From: a virus
Lineage: Duplodnaviria > Caudoviricetes
Virus record (IMG/VR): IMGVR_UViG_3300027785_000108
Span: 1 to 28,351 of that record
Direction: 5' to 3' (one strand)
DNA: 28,351 nt
Positions 16,307 through 24,805 of the stretch are shown in pieces. A program made the position numbers and the translations under genes. How positions within the stretch are numbered: position 1 is the stretch's first letter; each line of letters begins with the position of its first letter. Under the pieces are notes generated by a model. The model searched no databases and was not told the DNA's origin. It was given only the letters and a program-made list of their open reading frames with translations.

Positions 16307-18960
16307 TTAACTATGTATCTATTTGAATAAATTGAATTTTTAGTCGTTTTAGTTTCAACTATTGACATTGCACCTTGAATAATCTCACCAGCTTCAATTT
16401 TAAAGTCAGGTTTGTTTTTAATAATATTTTTTAAGTCTTGAATCTCACTAATTAAAGCCATATTTTGCCAGTTACCAACGCTTGAAGTTGCACCCTCTTT
16501 TAGTTTAACTAATTCACCTGAATTTAATTTATTCATTGTTAAGGCTAAATCTTCATTTGAAACATTACCAATCAATTGATTTTGTTCTTTTGTTAAAACT
16601 CTTTCGTTAGGATGTAATATTGCATGAAAACCGCCACGACCATCAATTCCATTTCCATTTGTTCCTGTGTTTTCCGTTCCAACTTCAAATGAGGGTAAAG
16701 TTTTAAGCAACTGAGTAAGTAAAGTAATATCTGTAAATGTTTTCATTACTGGGTTTTTTACATTTGGATCACCAGCATTTTTTGCGTATGCACTAACCCC
16801 ACCCTCAATTAGTTTCCACATAGCTTGTTTTTTCAATTCAGCTTGTTTTTTCTTATTTGCTTCAACTATTTGTTGGTTTTCAAGTGCTAAACTTTCTTTA
16901 GCTTGTATGTTACCGTTTTTTGCTAAATCAGAATAAAGTGAGTATGCTTTTTCGTGTTGTTGTTGCTCTTTGTCTATTTGTGCAATTTTTCTATTTGATT
17001 GTTCAATGAAATAGTCAGCACCAAACTTAACAACATCATTAATAGTTTTTGTTATTGATACTTCATTCTTTTTTCGTGAAGTACGTTTTAATATTGCTAT
17101 TTCTTCCTCTAACTTTATAACTTCACTTTTATATTCTTCACCTCTTGATTTAAAAAATGACAATTCATCTTCTTTTTGTTTAATTTCATTTTCTATTCTT
17201 ATTTTATCAAGTTCTTCATTTGTTATATTCTCGTTGTTTGTAGCTTCTGTATTTATTTTTTTATAGTGTAAATCTAATTCTTGTATTATTTCATCATTCC
17301 ACTTTTTTTGTTTGTTTTTTTCATCTTCTAAAGCCTTTTCTTTTGCTTTTTGTTGTTTGATTATTTCGTTAATTTCTTTCTCATAAAATGATTTAGCTTT
17401 AACTTCTAAATCTTTATAGTAATCTTCATAAATTTTCTTTAAATCAAAAGATAATGTTAATTCAATTTCTTTTTTTAACCTTGATTTTTGTTTTTCATCA
17501 GCATCTAACAGTTTTAAATCTTCAATTCGTCTATTTGCTTCAATTCGTGTATTTGTTAAATCTAATTGCAATTTATCTGATATACGTTTAATTCTTTCAT
17601 CTTCAATCTTTCTTTCTAAGTCTAATTGTTTTTTTAAACTATCCTCTAATTCTTTTTCTCTTGCCCTCAATCCTTCACGTTCAATTATGCTTAATGCTAA
17701 ATTTCTAGTGTTGTATTCCATTAATAGTTTAGCAGTTTCTAATTCAGAATCTCTAATTTCTTTATTTATTTCTTCTTTTTTCTCGTTGTCTTTTTCAGCT
17801 CTAAATTTTCGTCTTAAATTTGCAGTTTTATCTTCAGATAAGAATAGTTCTTTTTGAATATTATCGTAATACTCGATAGTAGTTTTTAATCTAAATTTGT
17901 ATATTTTTTCTTCTTTATTAGCATCATCTAATTGCAATTCATAATTCTTTAATTGCATATCTCTAACCTTTTGATAATAACTAGTTATCATGCCTTGAAT
18001 TTGAATAGATTCTTCTAGTTTTTTATTTCTTTGGTCTAAAGATTCTATACTGTCTTTTATAGCACTTTCTTCATCTCCTAAAGTAGAAATAAACTCAACT
18101 ATCTTTGCACCGTAAATAGTTAATAAAGTAACTCCAACACTTAAAGCAGTACCTACTGAAAATATAGCACCACCAATTTGACTAAATACACTTTTAACTG
18201 GTTGCCCTTGAGATACTAAATCCTTATTAGCTTGTTTAATTTTATTTATTTCATCAAAGAAAATAGGTAAGTTGTTAGAAATAGCCATAAAACCAGTACC
18301 TACTGAATTTGCAAAGGCTGGCATCTCTCTTGTTAATTGGTTAACTGAATTTCCTAACCCATTGTAAGCCATTGCATAATTACCAACATTTCGTTGATGG
18401 TTACCCATTGAAGCATCTACCTTTTTTAAAGCTGAATCATAAGAAGTCATACGAACCTCAATATTTTGCATACGTCTTACTTCATCATCTGTCAACTTAC
18501 CGTTTAATTCCTTCTTAATTGCTAAGTCTCTATATTCGCTTCTTAGTTTACCCAACCAACCATTAACACGAGAATAGGCACTTTGTAACATTTGCTCACT
18601 TCTAGTAAGTTTATTTGTTATTGCTTCGCTTCTTGCCTTTTGTTGGTTTAAATCGTTTTCTGCTTTCGCTTGTTTAACTTTTGCCTGTTCTAAAGCAGTA
18701 GCAACCTCAATTTCACCTTTTTCAAGTAGTACCTTTTGCTTAATTGCGTTATTTGCTTCTAGTATTGCAATTTTTGCTTGATTAATGTCGGTTACACTAT
18801 TAAATTTAACGTTGTTTAAACCGTCCTTAGATAATCTAGCAGTTTGCCTTAATTCATCGTTAAAAGCCTTTATTTTAACTTGTGCTTGTTCAAATTCAAT
18901 TATAACACTCTTTAGAATGTCATTTTCGATTATGTCGGACTTTTTTATTGATTCAGCCAT
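16303..18960 (-). CDS. Tape measure protein
   Basis: 885 aa, coiled-coil rich, HQRNVGNY motif, hydrophobic segments, C-terminal AILHPNERVL. Confidence 0.85.
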   Translation of the reverse strand: MAESIKKSDIIENDILKSVIIEFEQAQVKIKAFNDELRQTARLSKDGLNNVKFNSVTDINQAKIAILEANNAIKQKVLLEKGEIEVATALEQAKVKQAKAENDLNQQKARSEAITNKLTRSEQMLQSAYSRVNGWLGKLRSEYRDLAIKKELNGKLTDDEVRRMQNIEVRMTSYDSALKKVDASMGNHQRNVGNYAMAYNGLGNSVNQLTREMPAFANSVGTGFMAISNNLPIFFDEINKIKQANKDLVSQGQPVKSVFSQIGGAIFSVGTALSVGVTLLTIYGAKIVEFISTLGDEESAIKDSIESLDQRNKKLEESIQIQGMITSYYQKVRDMQLKNYELQLDDANKEEKIYKFRLKTTIEYYDNIQKELFLSEDKTANLRRKFRAEKDNEKKEEINKEIRDSELETAKLLMEYNTRNLALSIIEREGLRAREKELEDSLKKQLDLERKIEDERIKRISDKLQLDLTNTRIEANRRIEDLKLLDADEKQKSRLKKEIELTLSFDLKKIYEDYYKDLEVKAKSFYEKEINEIIKQQKAKEKALEDEKNKQKKWNDEIIQELDLHYKKINTEATNNENITNEELDKIRIENEIKQKEDELSFFKSRGEEYKSEVIKLEEEIAILKRTSRKKNEVSITKTINDVVKFGADYFIEQSNRKIAQIDKEQQQHEKAYSLYSDLAKNGNIQAKESLALENQQIVEANKKKQAELKKQAMWKLIEGGVSAYAKNAGDPNVKNPVMKTFTDITLLTQLLKTLPSFEVGTENTGTNGNGIDGRGGFHAILHPNERVLTKEQNQLIGNVSNEDLALTMNKLNSGELVKLKEGATSSVGNWQNMALISEIQDLKNIIKNKPDFKIEAGEIIQGAMSIVETKTTKNSIYSNRYIVK

Positions 18961-19451
18961 TATTTTTGTTTTTGTAAAGTGTCTATTAACTCAAAATATT
19001 GAGAAACTGTTGTATTGTATAAAGTAAGTGTATAGCCTTGCATCTTAGATAAATGATTAAGCATCTTTTGAATGGTAATTTCTTCACCGCTTTTATTTGT
19101 TAATGAGTTTATTTTCATTTCTAAAGCAGTAATTTTATTTAACTCAAATCTTTTACCACTTATAACATAGTCTAGTTGTGCCTTTGCTTTGCTAACTGAT
19201 AACATTAAAAACTTTTGATAATCTTCAGGAAGTCCGAAACGTTCTAAATATTGATTTTGCAGTACTTCCCATTGTTTTACATCTTCTTGTTCCGTTCCAT
19301 CTGTTAAAGTTCTTCGAGTGTACTTAATTTCATCGTTATTACACTTTACCCACGCATTTAAAAACATTTCATCAATCGATTCGTAATACCTTTCTAATGT
19401 AGTCAATGTAGGCTTTATTAATAATCGTTTTAAGCTTCTCAATATGTTCAT
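18960..19451 (-). CDS. Hypothetical protein before tape measure (chaperone-like position); start uncertain
   Basis: Stop overlaps tape measure ATG; alternative starts TTG 19406 or ATG 19367. Confidence 0.65.
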   Translation of the reverse strand: MNILRSLKRLLIKPTLTTLERYYESIDEMFLNAWVKCNNDEIKYTRRTLTDGTEQEDVKQWEVLQNQYLERFGLPEDYQKFLMLSVSKAKAQLDYVISGKRFELNKITALEMKINSLTNKSGEEITIQKMLNHLSKMQGYTLTLYNTTVSQYFELIDTLQKQK

Positions 19452-19818
19452 CGTTTAATGTTGTTAAAAATTGTGAGTATTTTGTATAAAGGTTTTCATT
19501 TCCTTTTTTCCCATCACCAGTAATCTCGATTAAATATTCAGAGATATAAACTTGCATAGAATTATAGAAATATCCAGTATCTTCAAAAGTATAATTATCT
19601 CCTTGTTGTTTTCTCCCTTTACTTATTAATTCAGTAGCATAAGAATAAGTACCCTGTAAAACATCTTTACCGTCTTTTCCTTGTTGTAATTGGTCTTGCA
19701 CCCACTCAATCAATTGCTTTTTTGTCATTTCATTAAACGAACTATTCCACGCATCTAACTCTTTTAAAAGTTTACCACGTTGTAATAATTCATCTAATTT
19801 TGTTTTACCAATAGCCAC
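19372..19818 (-). CDS. Putative tail completion / virion morphogenesis protein
   Basis: TFEDTGYFYNSM resembles the DTG.l..S motif of this class; GTG start. Confidence 0.6.
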   Translation of the reverse strand: MAIGKTKLDELLQRGKLLKELDAWNSSFNEMTKKQLIEWVQDQLQQGKDGKDVLQGTYSYATELISKGRKQQGDNYTFEDTGYFYNSMQVYISEYLIEITGDGKKGNENLYTKYSQFLTTLNDEHIEKLKTIINKAYIDYIRKVLRID

Positions 19819-19822
19819 AATA

Positions 19823-19899
19823 CAAATTTAAACAAATTTACGTTAATACGTTAATATTTTAACACGTTGATTTTTGAATGATTATAATTTATATTTTTG
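19823..19899. promoter_or_regulatory. Divergent promoter region
   Basis: TAAATTTG twice on minus (19823, 19833); TATTTTTG on plus (19892); TACGTTAATA twice between them. Confidence 0.6.
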
Positions 19900-19903
19900 A
19901 AGT

Positions 19904-20020
19904 ATGGAAATACTATTTGATGAAAACAATGAGATAACGATAATCTCAAATGATCCTTTAATAAAAGAGGATATTTTAAAAATTATTAAAGCATTATTAA
20001 CTATTAAAACAATTGATTAA
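19904..20020 (+). CDS. 38-aa hypothetical protein
   Basis: Manual: MEILFDENNEITIISNDPLIKEDILKIIKALLTIKTID; 4 nt after -7 element. Confidence 0.55.
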   Translation: MEILFDENNEITIISNDPLIKEDILKIIKALLTIKTID

Positions 20021-20021
20021 A

Positions 20022-20135
20022 ATGAAACTATTTTTTAAAACACTATTTTGTAAACATTTATTTATAGATAGCAGTAATATAGGTTATCAAATATGCTGTA
20101 AATGTTTAACACAAAAAAAAGCTACTATTAACTAG
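20022..20135 (+). CDS. 37-aa putative Zn-binding miniprotein
   Basis: Manual: MKLFFKTLFCKHLFIDSSNIGYQICCKCLTQKKATIN; CxH..CxxC pattern. Confidence 0.6.
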   Translation: MKLFFKTLFCKHLFIDSSNIGYQICCKCLTQKKATIN

Positions 20136-20146
20136 TAGCTTTTTTC
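20113..20146. terminator. Bidirectional terminator
   Basis: A run-GCTACTA-TTAAC-TAGTAGC-T run between converging genes. Confidence 0.85.
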
Positions 20147-20280
20147 GTTTTCTTAATCTTTCCGTTTGCCTTTTCCCATTCCGATTTTAAATAGTTTTCG
20201 TCAACGTGTGAGAATAACTGTTTAAAATTAACCCAGTCCATAGCTAAATGAACTGGGTTAAAATCAATTTTATATCTCAT
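20128..20280 (-). CDS. 50-aa hypothetical protein after major tail gene
   Basis: Manual: MRYKIDFNPVHLAMDWVNFKQLFSHVDENYLKSEWEKANGKIKKTKKATS; TAATG coupling. Confidence 0.6.
   Translation of the reverse strand: MRYKIDFNPVHLAMDWVNFKQLFSHVDENYLKSEWEKANGKIKKTKKATS
20228..20261 (-). terminator. Hairpin just after the major tail gene
   Basis: TTAACCCAGTTCAT-TTAGCT-ATGGACTGGGTTAA then TTTT. Confidence 0.6.
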
Positions 20281-21176
20281 TAGATAGTTACTTGAAGACT
20301 TCCTTCAAATCCTGAAGCTGGTAACACATTAAATGTTACTTTGTCTGCTACAGTTTGAGATGTGTAAGTAATTGTATACTGTCCATCAATTGTAGTAGAT
20401 TCTGCAACCGTTACTGTAACCGCTAAAGCATCTGTATCATTATAAGCATAGAAATCAGCAGTAACTAATCCAACAATTGGAGCTGGGTTTGTAGCTAAAC
20501 CGCTTCCGAAATCTGAACTAATATTTAATACAGTAGATGTTGCACCACTTGAAACCTCTACTAAATTAGCATCAATTAAACCGCTCGTTTCATTTGGGTT
20601 AACATTTAAGTCAGTAGTAGACAAAATCCAAAACTTAGCGATTTTCAATAAGATATCAAAATCAAATTGAATCATTCCCTCGTTTACTTCGTCATCTGTT
20701 GCATCTTTGAATATTGCATCAAATCCGCCAATCTCAACTGGGTAAAGTAAAGTACCATCTTTTAAACCTCTTAATTGTCCATCAATATCGAATAAATAAA
20801 CTCCAAATTTCTCACACGAAACACCTTGTAATTTACCAATTAATACAGATGATGCTTCAGGCATAGTAGCTTTGAAAGAACGAACACCATCAGCTAATTT
20901 ACGTTTAGTACCATCTTTATAAGTTTTAAACTTAGTATCAGCAACTGGAAGCTCAACATCTTTTAAGTCCTGAATAGGATAAAAACGTTTAGATTTATCA
21001 GCATTGTTTAATTTAGCAGACAAACTAATAGTTGTTGACATATCAATACTGTTTCTCGTTCCATCGTTCGCAAATAAAGGAACTAAAAACATACCAGTAG
21101 TTTTTTTAAAGGCTGGAAGACAAGTCGCTAAACCTGTATTATTCATTCCAACACCACATAAACAAGAATCACTCAT
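20280..21176 (-). CDS. Putative major tail tube protein
   Basis: 298 aa; position, downstream hairpin and a T/V-rich Ig-like C-terminus. Confidence 0.7.
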   Translation of the reverse strand: MSDSCLCGVGMNNTGLATCLPAFKKTTGMFLVPLFANDGTRNSIDMSTTISLSAKLNNADKSKRFYPIQDLKDVELPVADTKFKTYKDGTKRKLADGVRSFKATMPEASSVLIGKLQGVSCEKFGVYLFDIDGQLRGLKDGTLLYPVEIGGFDAIFKDATDDEVNEGMIQFDFDILLKIAKFWILSTTDLNVNPNETSGLIDANLVEVSSGATSTVLNISSDFGSGLATNPAPIVGLVTADFYAYNDTDALAVTVTVAESTTIDGQYTITYTSQTVADKVTFNVLPASGFEGSLQVTI

Positions 21177-21195
21177 TTTTTTATAATTTTAAAAT

Positions 21196-21894
21196 TTAAC
21201 ATTTACATTCTTTTCTTTTGTAGATAGGCAAACTTATATCTAGTTGAACCCCTGATAAATCAGCATCTAGTATATTGTTTAAATATCCATTCTCATTTTC
21301 AATACCGAAACGAGTAAACGGTTTTGAACTCCAACTTTCAATATAATCAAAAATTAGATTCTTTTTGATAGCTTCATTAAACCCATCTTTTAACCCCAAC
21401 ATCGGAATAACTACATTTTTACGATAATCTTTGATAAGATATTGCTTAGGGTTATTATCATCTAAAAATAAAACTCTTATTTTTGATTTTCTTTCAATAG
21501 ATGACTTAATACCAAACTCTTGCTCCTCAATAGATTCTAGTAACCAAATCAATGGTAACTTATTTCGCATATCATTTGTCAAATTTAACCATTCACTATT
21601 AACCGCTAATTTAGTACCTGACATAAATGTAGGCTCTTTGATAGTTAATATTTGACGTTTAGTAATGTTTGATGAGCCAGTTGGTTTTGTTGCAGTAATA
21701 ATTCCATTAGAATTAATAGCAGTAATTAACCAATTGTGAGTACCATTGTTAAGGTATTGATTAACTCGAACCCATTTATTATCACATAATTCAATAGTAA
21801 AAATAGAACCAACATTTGAAACAGAAACAACTTTAACAGTTAAATCAATTTTATCAATTATTTCGTCTTTTACTATGTCGAAAATGTCTTTCAT
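21196..21894 (-). CDS. Putative head-tail joining / tail terminator protein
   Basis: Position between connector and tail tube genes. Confidence 0.55.
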   Translation of the reverse strand: MKDIFDIVKDEIIDKIDLTVKVVSVSNVGSIFTIELCDNKWVRVNQYLNNGTHNWLITAINSNGIITATKPTGSSNITKRQILTIKEPTFMSGTKLAVNSEWLNLTNDMRNKLPLIWLLESIEEQEFGIKSSIERKSKIRVLFLDDNNPKQYLIKDYRKNVVIPMLGLKDGFNEAIKKNLIFDYIESWSSKPFTRFGIENENGYLNNILDADLSGVQLDISLPIYKRKECKC

Positions 21895-22391
21895 AAAAAG
21901 TATTCGTATTTTAAATCTTTCCCGTTAAATGTAGGGTAACTACTTGAATTTTGTTGTATGTAACTTTGAATAGTTTTATAAGAATTTACATTGTCGTTAA
22001 ATCTGCTTATTGATATACTATTTAAGTTTATACCCTCTGAGTTTTCACTTTTGGGAGCAGTAACTCCAACAGATGTTTGTTGTTGTTGTGTATCTAAAGT
22101 ATAATGGTAATAGATAAACCCTAACAACATTTCTTTAATTCCGTTAGATTCAACTTCACCATTTACAAAAGTGTCAACGTATAAAGGGTTAAATATAGTT
22201 TGATAAATAGCACTCGTTGGAACTCCATTTACTAAATTAGCAATAAACAAATCATATAAAGCTTTACCTAACATTTTAATCAGGTATTCCTTTTCATACT
22301 TTGCGATATAACTATCAATCAAAGAAGTATTAAACTGAGTTAACGTTAACTCATATTTATTTACAAAATCACTATTTAAAACTATACTCAT
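21891..22391 (-). CDS. Putative head-tail connector/adaptor
   Basis: Position after capsid; size and helical pattern (LIKMLGKALYDLF). Confidence 0.6.
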   Translation of the reverse strand: MSIVLNSDFVNKYELTLTQFNTSLIDSYIAKYEKEYLIKMLGKALYDLFIANLVNGVPTSAIYQTIFNPLYVDTFVNGEVESNGIKEMLLGFIYYHYTLDTQQQQTSVGVTAPKSENSEGINLNSISISRFNDNVNSYKTIQSYIQQNSSSYPTFNGKDLKYEYFL

Positions 22392-22552
22392 TATTTAATA
22401 TATCCTAAACGTTTAAACAACTTAGCCAAATCAAAATGTAAATTAACCTTTAATTTTATTGGTAAGTGTTTAGATTTACCAGTACATTCAAATTCTAACT
22501 CTCCGTCAAAATGTTCTAATTCTACAACTTCGCTAATAACTTTCTTTGCCAT
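22391..22552 (-). CDS. 53-aa hypothetical protein after capsid
   Basis: Manual: MAKKVISEVVELEHFDGELEFECTGKSKHLPIKLKVNLHFDLAKLFKRLGYIK; stop coupled to next ATG. Confidence 0.65.
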   Translation of the reverse strand: MAKKVISEVVELEHFDGELEFECTGKSKHLPIKLKVNLHFDLAKLFKRLGYIK

Positions 22553-22566
22553 CTTAAATAAAATTA

Positions 22567-22590
22567 AGGGAGTTATATTTCAAACTCCCT
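22567..22590 (-). terminator. Hairpin after capsid gene
   Basis: AGGGAGTT..AACTCCCT stem then T-rich tail. Confidence 0.7.
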
Positions 22591-22599
22591 ATATTAATA

Positions 22600-23874
22600 T
22601 TATGCAGTTTCTAAAGCCGCTTTATCAGTTGAGAATGTACCTTTAACGAATGCAGTTCTATCGTTGTTTTTAACAACCATTGCACCTCTATACTCAGCTA
22701 TGATAGTTCTAAGGTTTTTAGTGAAATCATTTCCATCTAACCCCATTTCAATAGACAATGTACCTAAATCATAAAGAGTTGCTAAATTAAAAGCACCAAC
22801 TAAATAAGTTCCAGCAGTAACTAAAGTAGTTTTAACGATTGGAACACCATCTAAAGATAATTGACCAGCAATCATTTGTAATCTTTCAACATAACGTTTG
22901 TCTGTTGCAGAAACTTTAATTACTAATAATTTAGCAACATCAGTAGGGTGCATCAAAATAGCAGTTGGTTCAGGTTGTTCAGCAATTGCAATTTGATTGA
23001 TAGCTACAACTAAAACATCCGCTTCGTTTGCGTTATCAATTGCTAAAGCAAAATCACCAGCTGCAAATGCAGTTCCAGTTGTTCTAACTCCATTCATTGC
23101 TGGAGCAGTTCCATTTCCTGAATAAGCAGTTAACTCAACATCTTTGTTTAATTCTCTTAATAATTCGTTTTGAATTTCAGATTCAATAAAATCAATATCT
23201 TCCAACATTTCAGTAGATACTTTGATAAATGCAGAACGTTTTACAACAACTTGTGAAGCAACAACTAAGTCAAAATCAATTTGGTTTTTAGTTGCACCCT
23301 CAGCAGTTCCACCAGCAGTACCTTCTTTACCTGATTGGTAAACCCATGAGATAAGATTAGATGTTGCTTTACCTCTTGACACTAAATCCATTAAACGAAT
23401 ACGTCTTGAAGCAATAGCATTTAATCCTTGAATACGTTGTTCTACTGGAACATTTCCGCCTGATACGTTAGCACTTTCTAACATTGTACCAACCGCCTTA
23501 ACAGTCATTTTAACCCATTGAGCATCTCTGTTGTCTTTCAACGTTTTGATTGCATCAGAGTTAGATTTTAAAGCTTCTTTAATAGAAGATTCTTTTACTG
23601 TTGAATTACCTTCTTTATTAGCTTTAATAGAAAGACCGATTTCTTTCAATGCTTCGTTAAGGTTTTTCATTTGCTCCATTTGAGCATCTCTCAATTCAGA
23701 AACCGCTTTTTCAATATCTTCTTTCGTTGCTTTTGCATCTACTAAAGATTTTAATTCAGTTGCCTGAACTTCGTTAAATTCGTTATACAATCCTGCTAAC
23801 TCTTCAGCAGTTTTTGTTGCGAATACTTCAGTTGTAATTCCTTTTGTTTGTAGGAATGTTTCAAATTTGTTCAT
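22600..23874 (-). CDS. HK97-fold major capsid protein
   Basis: N-terminal coiled-coil delta-like domain, AEGATKNQ, KVSTEMLED, SGNGT, MHPTD, DFTKNLRTIIAEYR. Confidence 0.93.
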   Translation of the reverse strand: MNKFETFLQTKGITTEVFATKTAEELAGLYNEFNEVQATELKSLVDAKATKEDIEKAVSELRDAQMEQMKNLNEALKEIGLSIKANKEGNSTVKESSIKEALKSNSDAIKTLKDNRDAQWVKMTVKAVGTMLESANVSGGNVPVEQRIQGLNAIASRRIRLMDLVSRGKATSNLISWVYQSGKEGTAGGTAEGATKNQIDFDLVVASQVVVKRSAFIKVSTEMLEDIDFIESEIQNELLRELNKDVELTAYSGNGTAPAMNGVRTTGTAFAAGDFALAIDNANEADVLVVAINQIAIAEQPEPTAILMHPTDVAKLLVIKVSATDKRYVERLQMIAGQLSLDGVPIVKTTLVTAGTYLVGAFNLATLYDLGTLSIEMGLDGNDFTKNLRTIIAEYRGAMVVKNNDRTAFVKGTFSTDKAALETA

Positions 23875-23877
23875 TTG

Positions 23878-24645
23878 TTACTTTTTTAATAAGTTAATAA
23901 AAAATTGTTTTTGTTCGTTTTGAGTGTCTTTCAACGGCTCGATTTTTGAAGTGTCTTCAACGGCTTCAATATTTTTAACAGTTGGTGTAAGTGAATTTGA
24001 TCCTTGCCATAATACACAACTATATTCTTTTAATTTTGCTTCTTTAACTACCCAAAAATAACCCATATTATCAGCTAATTCTTGATTACCTAACATTGGG
24101 TAAATTTCATTCCATAGTTTATATGCTTCAACTTCCTGAGGTTGTTTAACCGCAATTTGTAGATTAACATATTGCATACCAACAGAATGTTGATTTACTT
24201 CATTGTTTTTATAAGCATCGTAAACTTGACAATTATAATCTTCAATCAATTCAGTTTCACCAATAACACAAATAGTTTTTCCTTCCTTTTCAACTCCTAA
24301 GTCAGACCAGTTAACATTTACTTCTTTAACAGATTTTACTTTACCGACCTTAGAATTAAATGAATGTTCATGATTATCAAAGTGAAATATTTTGTTTGTA
24401 CTTTCTTTGATTGATTTTGTAAAACAACCTTTAACGTGAACATCTCCATGAGAATCTAACCAATAATAAGTATTTGCTATTACTTTAACCGTATTATTTT
24501 GTTCTTCGTCTTCTAATATTATTTTCGTTACATTTTCATCACCATCTTTAATGATATGATTACAAACGTTGTCAGAGTGTTTATATGCACTCTTTTTGAT
24601 ATTAATAGCTTCTTGCTTATCTTTTAATATTTCTTCTAAAGTCAT
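23878..24645 (-). CDS. HK97-type prohead protease
   Basis: DSHGDVHVKGCFTKSI, HFDNH, QHSVG, KLKEYSCV..GSN. Confidence 0.85.
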   Translation of the reverse strand: MTLEEILKDKQEAINIKKSAYKHSDNVCNHIIKDGDENVTKIILEDEEQNNTVKVIANTYYWLDSHGDVHVKGCFTKSIKESTNKIFHFDNHEHSFNSKVGKVKSVKEVNVNWSDLGVEKEGKTICVIGETELIEDYNCQVYDAYKNNEVNQHSVGMQYVNLQIAVKQPQEVEAYKLWNEIYPMLGNQELADNMGYFWVVKEAKLKEYSCVLWQGSNSLTPTVKNIEAVEDTSKIEPLKDTQNEQKQFFINLLKK

Positions 24646-24731
24646 TTTTTAACTATTTCAGTTGAATTAATTTGTTTAAGCTTGTCTTTTTTCAGCTTTT
24701 TAATATCTATTATCTTAACTTCTTTTTCCAT
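24642..24731 (-). CDS. 29-aa basic peptide
   Basis: Manual: MEKEVKIIDIKKLKKDKLKQINSTEIVKK; ATGA coupling to protease. Confidence 0.5.
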   Translation of the reverse strand: MEKEVKIIDIKKLKKDKLKQINSTEIVKK

Positions 24732-24749
24732 AGAGTGTTAATCTTTTAA

Positions 24750-24787
24750 CAAAAATAATCATTTTTATATAATAATATGTAAATTTG
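24750..24787. promoter_or_regulatory. Back-to-back promoters for head operon (-) and portal (+)
   Basis: TATTTTTG on minus 24750-24757; TAAATTTG on plus 24780-24787. Confidence 0.65.
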
Positions 24788-24805
24788 TTAAAAAAATATA
24801 TTTAT

